DNA from: Eledone cirrhosa | Lineage: Eukaryota | DNA: 64,000 nt | Reading direction: 5' to 3' | NCBI GenBank assembly: GCA_964016885.1 | Contig: OZ024741.1 | Coordinates: forward strand, 318,370,001 to 318,434,000 | Part shown: piece by piece, positions 41,238-56,267 of the stretch | How positions within the stretch are numbered: the first letter of the stretch is position 1 | Layout: every line of letters starts with the position of its first letter | Made by a program: the position numbers and the translations under genes | The notes under the pieces: model-generated | The model's input: only the letters and a program-made list of their open reading frames with translations | Told to the model about the DNA's origin: nothing | Database searches by the model: none

Positions 41238-41239
<2 letters not shown>
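40844..41239 (+). mobile_element. Internally deleted mariner element with three TIRs
   Basis: TIRs TACGAGGGTAATCCCAAAATAAGGTCTCC / GGAGACCTTACTTTTTGGATTGCCCTCGTA in TA context; transposase pieces PKCEFRAVI and KDRRITL..VSQSTIHRILTEKLQYRK. Confidence 0.85.
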
Positions 41240-41326
<87 letters not shown>

Positions 41327-41349
41327 AAAAAATGAAAAAATGAAATCTC

Positions 41350-41662
41350 ATTTCTCACTCTTAGTACGGCTGATACTTAAATGTAAGTATGTATACGTAC
41401 ATACATATATGTATACAGACAGCTAAGAAGCTCGAAACTAGTTCATCGTTCCTTTGTCAGTGTTGAACAAAATGGCAACGATGGTTGCCGAACACTGTAC
41501 GGCTTAATTCGGGCTGTTTGTTTACAAACAAATCGAACATTATAATAAATGTTCGGTAAACCCATACGTACATATATATATATATGTGTGCATGTATGTA
41601 TGTATATACGTATATAGATACTGCTGTACGTCTGTATACATATATGTATATATGTATACATA

Positions 41663-41668
<6 letters not shown>
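41350..41668 (+). mobile_element. Fold-back element, same family as 30389; junction lies inside hammerhead stem II
   Basis: Inverted tail plus arm 41350-41420; the direct part starts AGCTAAGAAGCTCGAAACTAGTTCATCG. Confidence 0.8.
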
Positions 41669-41692
<24 letters not shown>

Positions 41693-41695
<3 letters not shown>

Positions 41696-42262
41696 CAACG
41701 CTGTATGTCAATACGGCGTCCCTACGACCCTCTCAGGAGTTACGGAAATATGCCATGCAATTCCATATTAATTGTTTATTGATTTCAGTTATTGGACTTT
41801 AACCATGCGAAGGCATCACCTTTAATCTTTTAATTCGAGTATAATTACCCCCAATAATTATTTCTACGTTTCGTGGTACATATTATATCGCCCTGTCCTC
41901 GAAATGGCGAAATGTGAGGTGGAATTCTTCCTGTAAAGACGAAACTAGATTTTGAAAATTGATTTTTGTTCAACAAAAAATGGAATGGAAGGATAGCGAT
42001 GGTAGAATCAGCGGGTGTTGAACAAAAATCAATTTTCAAAATTTAGTTTCGTCTTTACAGGAAGAATTCCACCTCACATTTCGCCATTTCGAGGACAGGG
42101 CGATATAATATGTACCACGAAACGTAGAAATAATTATTGGGGGTAATTATACTCGAATTAAAAGATTAAAGGTGATGCCCTCGCAATAAACAGATAGCAT
42201 GGCATATTTCCGTAACTCCTGAGAGGGTCGTAGGGACGCCGTATTGACATGCAGCGTTTCTA
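41693..42262. repeat. Inverted duplication, arms of about 250-280 bp, including a SINE 3' domain
   Basis: 41693-41975 versus 42016-42262. Confidence 0.85.
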
Positions 42263-42540
42263 AAACATTCGCTTTTAAACCTGGCGGAGTCTATCACCTC
42301 TCCTGGTTTGAATATAGCAGATTTCTTCCAGCGAAGGAAGGAAAGATAGAGAATGTTAGTGAGAAAAAGATATAGAGGAAGAATCGACCCCAGTACTTGA
42401 CTGGTACTTTTTTCATCGACTGCAAATGGATGAAAGGCAAAATTGACCTCGTGGGTATTTAAAGTGAGAGAGCGGAGAGACGAAACGAATACCATAAAGT
42501 ATTCTATCCGATAATCTAACGACTCTGCCAATTCGCCACC
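42190..42540 (-). mobile_element. SINE family A variant with an extended 3' domain
   Basis: Family head and core plus CTGGAAGAAATC..CTCCGCCAGGTTTAAA..CTACGAC..CAGGAGTTACGG; also at 31780, 48532, 50963, 52560 and 53660. Confidence 0.75.
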
Positions 42541-44389
42541 TTATATGAGATTAGAATAACATACACATTGATTTTTTTTATTTAGGTATAAGGCCAGCTA
42601 ATTTGGGGAAGGAGCAAAGTTGATTTAAATCAGCCCCAGTACCTGACTGGATCACTTTATTTTTATCGACTCCAGAAAGATGAAAGTCAAAGTTGAACTC
42701 ACTGGGATTTGAACTTAGATTGTAAAGAGTCAGAAAGAACAAATACCGCAATTGCATTTTATTTGACACCCAACCAATGCTGCTAATCTATTACCGTTCT
42801 GATACCATGAATATTCAGAGAGGAAATTAGTTAAATCAAATATAGGGAAACAATTTGAAGTCTATTGAAGTAATAGCATTGTTATTAGCAACTTTAAAGA
42901 ACACAAAGAAATATAGAAAAATAGCAGGGAATGTTGCTAAAACCAAAGCCTTTTTCTTGAACTGTACAATTATTTCGATCGATTAATGAACTCACGTTAA
43001 ACATTGCTATATACACTGATGCCAATAGTTTCCAATGCAGTAATATCGATTCGTAAGATTGGCACACAAGGTGACACAATATGGCAGGAGGAGGAGTAGA
43101 AACTTCAGTCGATTAAATCGTAATCAGTACTTGACTGGAACTTATTTTCTTTATCGAACCTAGAAGAATATACTGTATGTATTTGGTTTAGTATCCTTGT
43201 AAGAAACAACTAATAGGGTAGGCACAGGGAAGAGTATACAGCTGTAAAATTTGCTTTAAAAAGGACCCCGTGGTGAATACGAACCCTTGCTTTAACATAG
43301 GAAATGGCCTTTAAATGCTTGCTTTTGTTGTTGACTGTGTGTATCCGGTTTAGAGTAGGTTTACTGTATCCCTCTGTGTTGTAAGAGCTGACTAAATGGG
43401 TTGCTGCTAGGAAGGACATCCAACTGTAAAGCATTGTTTCAAAAAGATTCCTATGATGAGTATGACGTATTGCATGGGTCCTGTAAGGCCCCCCACCATT
43501 TCCACCAAGTTATCACAGAAATAATTTTATTCTTTAGTCTTTTATTCTTTTACTGGTTTCAGTCATTAGATTGCGGTCATGCTGGGGCACCGTTTTAAAG
43601 AGATTTAATCAATCATATCGATACTAGTATTTACTTTTTCAAATTTGGTACTTATTATTATAGATCTTTATGTATTGAACCGCTAGTTTACAGGACATAC
43701 ACAAACAGTAAACGTAAATACACAGGCGCGTGCACACACACACACACACACACACATTTATATGTGACAGATTCTCTCAACAAAATTTCACTCACAACAC
43801 ATTAGTTAACACGACACCACAGTAGAAGAATATTTGCTCAAGGTATAACGCAGTGAGACTAAACCAGAAACAATAAGGTTGCGAAGCGAATTCTTTATCT
43901 ATACCACCAGACCTGCGCCTATATGAATAATTTTTTTTAACTAGTTTGGTTTGGAGGAAGGGCTGAGTCCAAAGCCTTCACAGACCTTTTCACATCGGTG
44001 GGATTGGCACTGTCAATGTTTCCCTTATCCTGTTATATATTGATGCCTGCAGGAAAAACATGTTCAAAGAGGGAATTCCAGAGGTCAGACTTTCTGGTTG
44101 GGACGAACTGGACATAAATTGGTTAGTGTAGGACCTGTTGTGTTGGGCACAATATAGATGTAACAAAATTATCGCATAATAATTATCAATTCATTCCAGA
44201 TACAGAAGAAATGAAAACAAGTTCGTTATCTTAAGGAAGGCAGCACGGAACAATTATTTATCTCAGAGATCACTATTTTTTTTTTGGGGGGGGGGGGGGA
44301 TTTCAACTCTTAAATAAATAATAAACTTGTTTTTGGTCAATATCTTTATTTAATTTGGAACAAACAGATAACAAATTAAATTAAAACCA

Positions 44390-45175
44390 GATTTCTATAA
44401 ACGTTTAATAAACAAACATAAATTGAAACGATTTTTGTATAGACGTCTAGTAAACAGAAATGTTGAGACGAGGTTTCTGTAGACTTCTAGTAAACAGAAA
44501 TGTTGAGATGAGGTTTCTGTAGACTTCTAGTAAACAGAAATGTTGAGACGAGGTTTCTGTAGACGTCTAGTAAACAGAAATGTTGAGACGAGGTTTCTGT
44601 AGACTTCTAGTAAACAGAAATGTTGAGACGAGGTTTCTGTAGACTTCTAGTAAACAGAAATGTTGAGACAAGGTTTCTGTAGATGTCTAGTAAACAGAAA
44701 TGTTGAGACGAGGTTTCTGTAGACTTCTAGTAAACAGAAATGTTGAGACGAGGTTTCTGTAGACGTCTAGTAAACAGAAATGTTGAGACGAGGTTTCTAT
44801 AGACTTCTAGTAAACACATAAATTGAGACGAGGTTTCTATAGACTTCTAGTAAACAGACATAAATTGAGACGAGGTTTCTATAGACTTCTTGTAAACAGA
44901 CATAAATTGAGACGAGGTTTCTATAGACTTCTTGTAAACAGACATAAATTGAGACGAGGTTTCTATAGACTTCTAGTAAACAGAGATAGATTGATACGAG
45001 GTTTCTATAGACTTTTAGTACACAGAGATAGATTGAGACAAGGTTTCTATAGACTTTTAGTAAACAGCGATAGATTGATACGAGGTTTCTATAGACTTCT
45101 AGTAAATAGGGATAAACTGATACGAGATTTCTATAGACTTTTAGTAAACAGAGATAAACTTTCACAAAGTTTCTG
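44390..45175. repeat. Minisatellite with 40-bp units, then 42-bp units
   Basis: TAGACTTCTAGTAAACAGAAATGTTGAGACGAGGTTTCTG, switching near 44800 to TAGACTTCTAGTAAACAGACATAAATTGAGACGAGGTTTCTA. Confidence 0.95.
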
Positions 45176-45785
45176 AATTAATCCATTCGATTTCTTGCTT
45201 TCTTTGCATGAATATATGAATACAACCCAAGCGTTTTATGGCTATTTTCCTGCTAAAGCAAGAGTTAGCTTTGCGGATCTCAAGATCATTATAGGGTCCT
45301 ATTTGAGGCAATGTTGTACAATCGGATGCCTTTCATGGCGCCAACTCTGTTTATCGCTTCTTACAACTTGTGGGGATGCCGTGTATTTATTCTAAACAAC
45401 CAACTCATCACAGCAAGCATGTGAAAGACATTTCTCCCGTTAAAGCTGCGATAAGTTTAACAAGATTAATCAAAGGATAATATTTAAGGTAAAATTGTAC
45501 GGTCGGTTGCTCTTCCTCATGCTGGCTCTTTTAGTCGCATCTTACACCAGACAGGAATACGAAGAAGTACCTACTCCATTATTGGAAACACTCAGGACAT
45601 AAATGTAAGGAAGAATGCAATCAAAATGAATATGATTAAAGAAAGTTTCATCTTCCAGCGAAGGCTGGTAAAGACTACAATGTCTTAGAGGGAAAGTGAA
45701 AGTTATCTTGTGTAGAGATGAATATTCGTGGATGATATGTTTGGTGGAAAGACATAGGTGTATTTATACAGAGTAACACTGCTAA

Positions 45786-46025
45786 CAAGATAGTTTACCT
45801 CTTCAGAGATATTGGATATATCACCGAGAAAGACACCTTAAGAAATAGAATAACAGCATATATGCGTGAATTGTCCAAAATAATGCCACCAAGATATTTC
45901 GATTCTTCAGAGATAATAGATATATAACCGAGAAAGATACCTTAAGTAATAAAATAACAGCATATATGTGTGATTTATCCAACATAACGCCAAGATATTT
46001 CCCCTCTTCAGAGACAATAGATGTA
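45786..46025. repeat. Diverged tandem repeat, unit about 102 bp, about 2.3 copies
   Basis: Recurring CAAGATA..TCTTCAGAGA at 45786, 45890 and 45991. Confidence 0.75.
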
Positions 46026-46411
46026 TGTATCATGGATAAAAATGGTCTCAGTAATATAGTGACACAATAACTGTACAGAGTTGTATAAAGTACAATTTCT
46101 GGTTTGGTAAAGTTTAGTTCTAGTCCAGAAGGCATTCATCCCTTTATTTAGAAGTCCAGAAGAGGAGAATAATAACATATAACTGTTGACTGCCAAAGGC
46201 AATAATTAATTCGATTGAAATATGAAAAATGTGTCTAAATTATATTTAAAGAGCAACATTTGCAATGCTATGCTTTAGTTTATACGTTCCAATACTAAAG
46301 AGTTAAGGCGCTGAACCCATACACATCAACTTTCACACACACACATACACACACACATATACACACATACATTCAAACACACTATCTCTCTCTCTTTTTA
46401 TTTTTATTTCA

Positions 46412-46518
<107 letters not shown>

Positions 46519-46961
46519 CTTTCACTCTCGCTCTCTATTCCGCCATGCCGTTTATGGGATGATGAAATAAAGAGCCACAATATCATTCGTAAATGGGAGA
46601 ATGAATTTGAATGATCCGTCATGGTGGCTGATTGTATACCACAGTTATCAAGACACCATTTATGGCAATGATAGAACGAAATAATGTATTTATTTAGCGA
46701 AGAACAGAAAGGAATACTTTGAAATCACTCAAAATTAATCATACATTATCGGGCCCCCATTGTCCTACACACACACACACATATACACACACTTACACAA
46801 AGCACATTCACACACGCACACACACATACACGCACACGCATACACACACACACACACACACATTTAGATAGATAGATAAATAGATGCATATATATAAATA
46901 TGATATAATAGTAAATGAGTGAAGAAAATGGTCGGCTGTACAATAGGGTTTATTCAATATA

Positions 46962-47045
46962 TACAGGGTGACCCAAAAAATATATATACCCACTTTTATT
47001 AGAATGCTGTTGAAGTGTGTATACATTTTGTGGGGACACCCTGCA
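46962..47045. mobile_element. 84-bp Tc1/mariner MITE
   Basis: Imperfect TIRs of about 33 bp, TACAGGGTGACCC.. / ..GGGACACCCTGCA. Confidence 0.75.
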
Positions 47046-47070
47046 TATGTATATATATATATAATATTTA

Positions 47071-47155
<85 letters not shown>

Positions 47156-47621
47156 TCATATATATATATATACATATATATACGCATAAACATATATATA
47201 TATACATATATATATATATACACATAAACACGTATGCATCGTATTACGAATCCCCTCAATCGCTTCCTACTTTTCTTCCGTTCATAACTACAATAACAAC
47301 CAATACAGGGAAATCATTTCCAAAATGTATTTCAATAATTTTATAATGTCAATGAAAATTTATATATATATTTATAATATTTATATATGTGAATGAATGA
47401 ATAGATGAACGAATGAATGAGTGAGTGAATGCTCAATACGCATCGATACACAAGTATTATTCTCTTCGATGATTGCAGAATTAGTGAATTAGTGGCGTGT
47501 TTATTGATTTTCATTAGCAGTATGTGTGACACCATCAAACTGTGATATCAACAGACGACAATCAAAGCTAGGCTGCGTGTGTGTGTATGAATATATATAA
47601 ATATATATATATATATATAAT

Positions 47622-47725
47622 AGCTTTCACCGTATTTTTTTACTAAAGAAATTTTAGCCTAATAATGGGGTTTAGAACCCTCAGATAAATGGAAAAAGAT
47701 GAGTATTGACACGTCAATACTCATC
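47622..47725 (-). mobile_element. Short (TA)n-embedded insert with a terminal fold-back (second copy 51960-52076)
   Basis: Hairpin GATGAGTATTGAC-AC-GTCAATACTCATC at 47698-47725. Confidence 0.65.
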
Positions 47726-47748
47726 ATACACACACACAAACACAGACG

Positions 47749-47785
<37 letters not shown>

Positions 47786-47822
47786 GCACACATACACATA
47801 TACATTATACCACACAATCACA

Positions 47823-47866
<44 letters not shown>

Positions 47867-48218
47867 AATATATATATTATACAACAGCACCATTAACCCA
47901 CACAATGCAAGCAGCAACCAGTTGCCATGTATCAGTTTCACTAAAGGTTTACAGAGTTACTTGTTCTTCTTTTAGTGTGTTTCCTTTTTTACTTCGATAT
48001 TTTTCTGATTTTTTCTTCCCTTTCTGTTGTAGATGGCGTGAACGATGTTAATGAGATAGCTGTGTTTGTGTTTTGTGGTTCCTTGCTTGTTTACAGTTTT
48101 TGCATTTCTTTTTGTCTGGTCTCGCTAGTATACACACACACATATATATATATACATACATACATACATACATATAATATGGGTGTATGTGTATATGTGT
48201 ATAGATGTGTAGTACGTG

Positions 48219-48266
<48 letters not shown>

Positions 48267-48484
48267 ACGTGATGGTCCAGGTCAGTCAAAATCTTTTCCT
48301 GAGTTTTTTTCGTTGCTATGGCAATGCGGCTAGACTGTCGGTCGCTATATTTGATTTGCAAAGCTGTCTAAACGTATTGTTATAACTCTGGGGTATTATT
48401 CTTCATCGAGTGCTAAGCTGCATCCCAATCTGCATTCGTTAGCTTGGCCGCAGCGAAAATCTTCGTTAATGCTGTACTAAAATT

Positions 48485-48521
<37 letters not shown>

Positions 48522-49299
48522 GTATGAAGGAAGGCGACGAATTGGCAATGTCGGCTCTCTGGTTTCTGAGCTCAAGTTTGCCTTTCATTCATTTGAGGAT
48601 TATAAAAAAAGTACCAGTCTCGTACTGGGGTCGATTCTTCCACTATATCTCTTCCTCTCATTTTCTCATCCTTGTCTGGGAGAAATCTGCAGCATTCAAA
48701 TCTGGAGAGGTAATTGGCTCCGCCATGTTTTAAAATGTAATAGAAACGCTGTATGTCAATATGGCGCCTCTACGACTCCTTCGTGATCATGTATGCATGT
48801 ATATAAACAGTTGTCCACCGTTATTCGCGGAGATTACGTTCCTAGAGGAATGAAAAGTCGCGAATATTGGACGTGGTCCATAAAAATGCCTACAAACATC
48901 AAAATATAACGTGAAATATAAAAAAAAAGAGGGAGCGTCTTATGCGAAGGGGCGTCGAATAGGCCGGCAAATACGGTATATTGTTACTAATAATTATATA
49001 TGTAAAAATATATATAATATTTTATATTATAAAATATAAAAATATATATATATATTTGTTTCTACTTTAGGCACAAGGCCAGCAAATACCCAGTTCATTA
49101 CTGGTACTTTATTTTATCGACCCCGTAAGGATGAAAGGCAAAGTCAATATATATATATATATTGCCACGAAAAAAGACAAAAAAATCGGGGGAGATATTT
49201 ACAATTCCGCGAATATGCGGTGATTTCCTCTAAGGAGTTAGGCACTCAGGAAAATTCAGCGAATAATCGCATATTGTATATATATATAATATATAAACA

Positions 49300-49846
<547 letters not shown>

Positions 49847-52070
49847 ATATATGGGAGGTATGTGTGTTTGTATGTATGTTTGTGTATACACATGTGTATA
49901 TGCGCGTGTGTGTGTGTATGTCGGTATTTGTGTATGCGTATGTGTGTATGTGCGTGTGTTTGTGTTTTGTTTACACAACATTAAACATATTTACTCATTC
50001 AATCTTTATTGCTTTAATATATCATGATACGAGTAATACCACTTCTTTACTGTGTGTATGTGTGTGTCAGAGTGCGAGCGTTTGTGTATATGTGTGTGCG
50101 AGTGTATGTCTGTGTAAGTGTGTACATATGTGTGGAAGAGTGTGTATTTGCGTTAATGTTTGTGAGTGCGCATGTGTGAGCAAGCATACTTATGTATGCT
50201 GTATCCGCAAGTACGCGTGCGCATGTGTGTATAAGTCTGCTAAGCATACGTTTGTGAGTATGCGAGCAAGCGTATGTGTGAATGCGTGTGTGTTGTATGC
50301 GTGGGTGCGCGCGCGTGTGAGCGTGGTGTGTGCGCGTGTGCGCATGTGTGAGCGTGTGTGTGTGTGCAAGTACATATGCGTGCGTGTGTGTGGGCAAGCA
50401 GATGCGTGGGTGTATGCACGTAACTGTACATGTTGCTTGGATATCTATGAAATGTGTAAATCATCGTATTTAATTAGAACGCTGTAAAATGTCACTTCAA
50501 CTTTCATACTAATAACTTACAATGTATATGTGTTGGATCTCCGTCGGTTATGACGACGAGTGTTCCAGACAACAGATCAGCCAATACCCGAAATTAATAT
50601 ACAATTAGCTGAGCATTTCACAAACACGTGTACCATTAACGTAATTCTTATGGGAGATTCATCATTACACTGTGTGTGACAAGGCTGGACTTTTGGATTA
50701 CGGGTACAACTCAATTTTTCCAGACTGGTGCAACTCGATATAAATTATTTTGGCACCGGTAATCGAACTCGCGATCTTCCGATTGTGAGCCGATCGTTCT
50801 AACCACTAAACCAAATACAACCAAACACTGAGTATTTTAGATATTCCATAATATAGCATGTACATCAGTACTTTATTTCAGTGGTAATTTCTTTATTGCC
50901 TGTGTAATATTTATCTCTTAACATGCTGTAATGATTTAGTAAAACATATCTAAAAATGAGAGCGGCGAATTGGCCGAGTCGTTAGAACGTCGGATAGAAT
51001 GATTTATGGTATTCGTTCCGCCGAAGTCAACTTTGTCTTTCATCATTTCGAGATCGATAACAAAAAGTACCTGTCTAGTACTACGGTCGATTCTTCCTCT
51101 CTGGAAGAAATCTACTGTCCTCGGGCCTGGAGAGGGATGGGGTCCGCCAGGCTTAAATTGCCCAAGAATCGCCGTATGTCAATACGGCACCTCTACGACT
51201 GTATCAGGAGTTACGGGACAATACATACATGCATCTAAAAACGGGTTTGTTAATTGAAACAGTATTTTTAATGCTGGCCAGATATAAACAATTGTTCTTT
51301 TAGAGAAAAGAAGAAGGAAACTGCAACAACAAGACTGCTTCAAAATTAAACAGGGTTTTCGATTTTTAAAAATCTACGCAGTACTAAAAATATTGTTTGT
51401 CCTGAAATTATAAATGAGTGAAATACTACATTTTTGTAGTTTTATTCATGTGTTAACTTTGTTTTATTTATTTTGTTATATTGTATATATATAATTAAGT
51501 ATTACATATATTATTTTTGTGTGTAGGGCAGTAGAATCGGTAGAGCATTGGATAACATGCTTTGTGGCATTGAATTATGGCCCTTTATGTTCTGAGTTTT
51601 AATTCTTTTTAATTCTTTTTAATTCTTTTTAATTCTTTTTAATTGTAATACTCAACATTTGATAAGAAGGTTTTCACTAATACATGCAAACCGGTTATAT
51701 TTTATACATTTTACATACATTATAAAACTCTTTTTTAAAAGAATTGTCCCTCTCATTTTTTCAATAATGTCACTTTGACGAATCAAAGAAAGGATAAAAA
51801 AGAAAAACAGATCCTTAAATATATTTTCCGTGCTATATCCAATTTCACCTTATCTCTATAACCACTGTTTTATATAGAACCTTATTCCCTTTTCAAATAT
51901 ATATATATATGTGTGTGTGTGTGTTTTATATATATATAAAGTAAGAATATGTTCGCCATGTACGTCAATACTCATCTTTTTCCATTTCTCCGAGGGTTCT
52001 TAACCCCACTATCAGGCTAAATAATTTCTTTAATTTCTTTAGTCAAAATACGGCGATAGCTTACATTTCT

Positions 52071-52142
<72 letters not shown>

Positions 52143-53915
52143 AATAAACCAGTTAAAATACTGTATTGGTTAAAATACTTAGTGGTTGTTTCTAAATAAT
52201 CCATGGAATATCATGGGGCCAGCTTCTAACTGTTAAACTGTGTTCCAGAATGGGTAATTTTGTGGAGAAAGATCCTGCAGAGATAGAATTTAATCAATTT
52301 ATCGCTTATCATTTGATCAACGTTCGTTGCAATGCAGTGCACAGCAGTTGCTGAGTACTTTAGGGAGCTAAATGACACAGAACTAAGTGAAGCAGTAAAT
52401 AAATAAATAAAAATCTTGGTTATTGTGTAGAGCAAAGATAATATCTAAAGATTGACTGAAAACCTATAGAAAGAGTAATTTAGAAAGAAACAGATGCTTA
52501 AGGCTCAAAGAAGTTACAATTAGATTTTAACAGAAAGAGATAGAAATCATAGTATCAATCATGGTATTCGTTTCAGTTCTTTACGCTGTGAGTTCAAATT
52601 TCATTGTGGTCAACTTTGCCTTTCATCTTCTCAAGATTGATAAATAAAGTACCAGTCCAGTACTTGGGTGGGTTTGATTCTATCCCGTCTCTCTCTTGTT
52701 TTGAAAGAAATCGGCTGTGCTTAGATCCTGAGATGGATGGGCTCCGCCACATTTAAAACGCCAAAATCAGGCCATGTGTCATATCACAATGATGTGCTAA
52801 TGACTTCAACATGAGTTCAGGGCTTATGTCAAGGCAAATCAGGGTTTTGATGTCGAGAGAAGTAAGGTATCTCTCACTAGCAGAGACTTGACCTGATATT
52901 GCATTGATGATATATGCCATGCTATTTGCCCTTAATTCTTAATCGAATCGCAGGGACACTGTCATGACATAAAACGTTTCTTGGGCATTTAAAGCACGCG
53001 GAGACCATCCCTTTCCAGGTCCCAACATTTCTTCCAGAGAAATACAGATAGAATCGACCCTACTATATAATTGGTGTGATATACACCCCTAAATAATGAT
53101 TTATAATCTAGACAATTTCGGGGAGTGGAGGGTAAAGTCAATTAATTCGACCTCAGTACTTGACCGCTATTTCATTTTATCGACCTCGAAAAGATGAAAG
53201 GTTAAGTTCAACTCGGTGGTATTTTAGCTCAGACTGCAGAGATCCGGAACTAATACAGAAAAGCATTTTATTCGGCGTTCTAACGACTCTGTCAATTCAC
53301 CGCCTCGCCTATCACATATATACTGATAAATAATATTTGAGGAACTCTTAAAACTTTGATATTTGCAAGGTCAATTAATGGGAAAATTTGGACATTAACA
53401 TTGTCCTGTTAGAACATTTGGCAAGTATTGTATTGGCAATTACAAACGATAAACTCTATTAATGTTTAATATTTATGTATTAACAAGACAATCATTAAAA
53501 TAATTGACTCCTTGCCACGAAAAAATCTCACTTCATGTTTGAACACGATTAACATGAACGGCAAACTTACTCTCTAACACACACAATCTCTTTCTGTCTT
53601 ATCTTTTTCCTTACCTTCCCCCTCTCACTCTCACCCACTCACTCCCTCTTTGCATTCTAAAATCAAATCCCGTCGTGATCAACTTTCAACCTTTCAAAGT
53701 CGATAACTAAAGCACCACACTAGTACTGGACTCGATTCTTGGTCTTATTTATTCATTTATTTTTCTGAAGGAAATAGATTGCTTTCTAACCTGGAAAAAA
53801 ATTGGCTCCGCCAGGTTTTAAAAGACTTGTCGTGGGTCACATCGGCATATCTACGACACCATCCATATGGAGTTAAAATCCCCTCACACACACCCATACA
53901 TATATATATATCATA

Positions 53916-53961
<46 letters not shown>

Positions 53962-53965
<4 letters not shown>

Positions 53966-54362
53966 AGGAGGTTATAGTTCACTTGAAGCATTGTGTAATG
54001 AGGTATAAACGTTTGAATATGTATAATAAAGCCAAAACAATGCAGGTATGGACATAGAAAAAAGAATGCAATTGTAAAAGATATTGTTGACAATTCGTCT
54101 TTTACCTTAGATTTATTTTAAACGTCCTTAATTTTCGAGGGAAATAAAGGTCTCAAACCAGCGTTCTAAATATCTTAAGATATTTAGAACGCTGGTTTGA
54201 AACCTTTATTTCCCTCTGAAGAAGAGATATTATCTCGAAAATTAAGGACGTTTAAAATAAATCTGAGGTAAAAGACGAATTGTCAACAATATCTTTTACA
54301 ATTGCATTCTTTTTTCTATGTCCATACCTGCATTGTTTTGGCTTTATTATACATATTCAAAC

Positions 54363-54368
<6 letters not shown>
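53962..54368. mobile_element. Spacerless fold-back element with a degenerate hammerhead in the right arm only
   Basis: Palindrome 54004-54368, centre CTT|AAG at 54176/54177; CTGAAGA-A-GAGATA t TATCTC-GAAA at 54216-54240. Confidence 0.8.
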
Positions 54369-54453
<85 letters not shown>

Positions 54454-54469
54454 TATATATAGATAAATA

Positions 54470-54739
54470 TACACGGGTGTTTATGATTGTGTATAGAAGA
54501 TTATATTAATAAGAGGAATTCCAACTTTGTCTGATTTACTCGTTTTATTTACAATCCTTTACAATTTATAATGGTATTATAATGAAATAGTATGATAGAA
54601 TATTAAATGTTAAGTGTTAATTGACACTTAACATTTAATATTCTATCATACTATTTCATTATAATACCATTATAAATTGTAAAGGATTGTAAATAAAACG
54701 AGTAAATCAGACAAAGTTGGAATTCCTCTTATTAGTATA
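54470..54739. mobile_element. Spacerless 238-bp fold-back insert with a one-sided tail
   Basis: Palindrome 54502-54739, centre at 54620/54621. Confidence 0.8.
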
Positions 54740-54815
54740 TATACATATATACACATATATATGTATTTTATACATATATATATATATTATATATATATGT
54801 GTGTGTGTGAATGTA

Positions 54816-54846
<31 letters not shown>

Positions 54847-54869
54847 AGTGTGTTCTTTGTGAAAAAAAA

Positions 54870-54975
54870 CATCAAAGAGATGCTGAATCGTGGTCCTGGG
54901 GATATTAGAATGGCGAATGCGTTAACCTGGTGAACAGCAAGGGAAATGCGCTGAAGAATCAACCAAGCTCGCAAC
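54870..54975 (-). mobile_element. CRE-clade LINE extreme 3' remnant
   Basis: LQRISLAVHQVNAFAIL, homologous to the end of the 9196-9582 ORF. Confidence 0.65.
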
Positions 54976-55345
54976 AGAGTGAGGTGAAATAGCTATATTT
55001 TACCATTGGAATGGGAAGGCGCGTGGCCTAGTGGCTAGGGGTGTTGTATTTATGATCATCAGATCATAAGTTTGATTTTCGAGCTTTGTAGCGCATTATG
55101 TGCTTCACAGGACACGTGATTTCACGCTGCTTTAGTCGACCAGTACCAGCAAAATCGAGGAAGATAACTTAGGGTGGGCGTTGTGCTCTCAGTTAACTTA
55201 CCGCCCCTAACAAGACTATAAAAATAATTACACAGTTTAAACTTGATCGTCGGTATTACATTTATCGAGTACTGAGTTGAATAATATTCTTACCAAACCC
55301 TTGACTCGTAACCCCCCCCTCTCTCTCCCTCTCTCTCTCGGTGTG

Positions 55346-55426
<81 letters not shown>

Positions 55427-56222
55427 GTGTGTGTGTGTGTTGGTGTGTGTGTGTGTGTGTGTGTGTATACAAACAAAAAGTGGGGTAGAGTATTGCCATA
55501 AACGTATCAAATACAAACATCTTTATCAGATAGCTTATTTTGCGTCAAATGCACTTTGAGTTAATAAAAACCCTGAAACACTAGTATTTTGCGTTTTCAC
55601 AGGGCTACTGAGATAACTGTGACATGATCACAGGTTAAAACATTCATAGCGAGACATGAATGCTTATTATATATAAACATATTGTATATACTTTCATATA
55701 CACCTGTATCATATATATATATATATATATATATATAACTGCATATGTACGTATATGTTTACATGTATACGTGTATATGTTTGTGTAAATATATTAGTTC
55801 ATACACACATACATACATATATACATACATACATACATACAAACATTCAAACATACATATATCTACACCTACATACTAAATCTAATAAAAAAAACATAAA
55901 TATTTCCTTTTACGTGGTTGATTGCTTCTACTCTGATCATTTTGAACTTCCAATTATCTTGTGATATTTCTTGCAGCATTCCGTTCTGTTATTTGGTTAA
56001 ATTTCTTTTAGTATGACATCTCTAGTAGATTTAGTGCATATTTCACTGCACTGCACTGCACTGCATCACTTAGAGCAGCTACATGTTAAAGATAAACCAA
56101 TGATGATTACCTTTGATCAGTCTACTGGCATATACTGTAATGTTTTCTTTGCAAACGTAGCAGAGAGAGAGGGAGTCGTGATTTCACGTTTAGAAAAATA
56201 ATCGAATAGATAGATAAATGAA

Positions 56223-56261
<39 letters not shown>

Positions 56262-56267
<6 letters not shown>

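Noticed and set aside
44390-45175. CRISPR-like array or 14-aa repeat protein
   Set aside because: There are no unique spacers or cas genes, and the ORFs arise only because 42 bp is a multiple of 3.
45991-46012. CTGAAGA-GGG-GAAA on the minus strand as a hammerhead
   Set aside because: No room for stem II and no convincing stem I.
48806-49280. Tigger-like DNA transposon remnant
   Set aside because: The left end is suggestive, but the right TIR could not be matched confidently.
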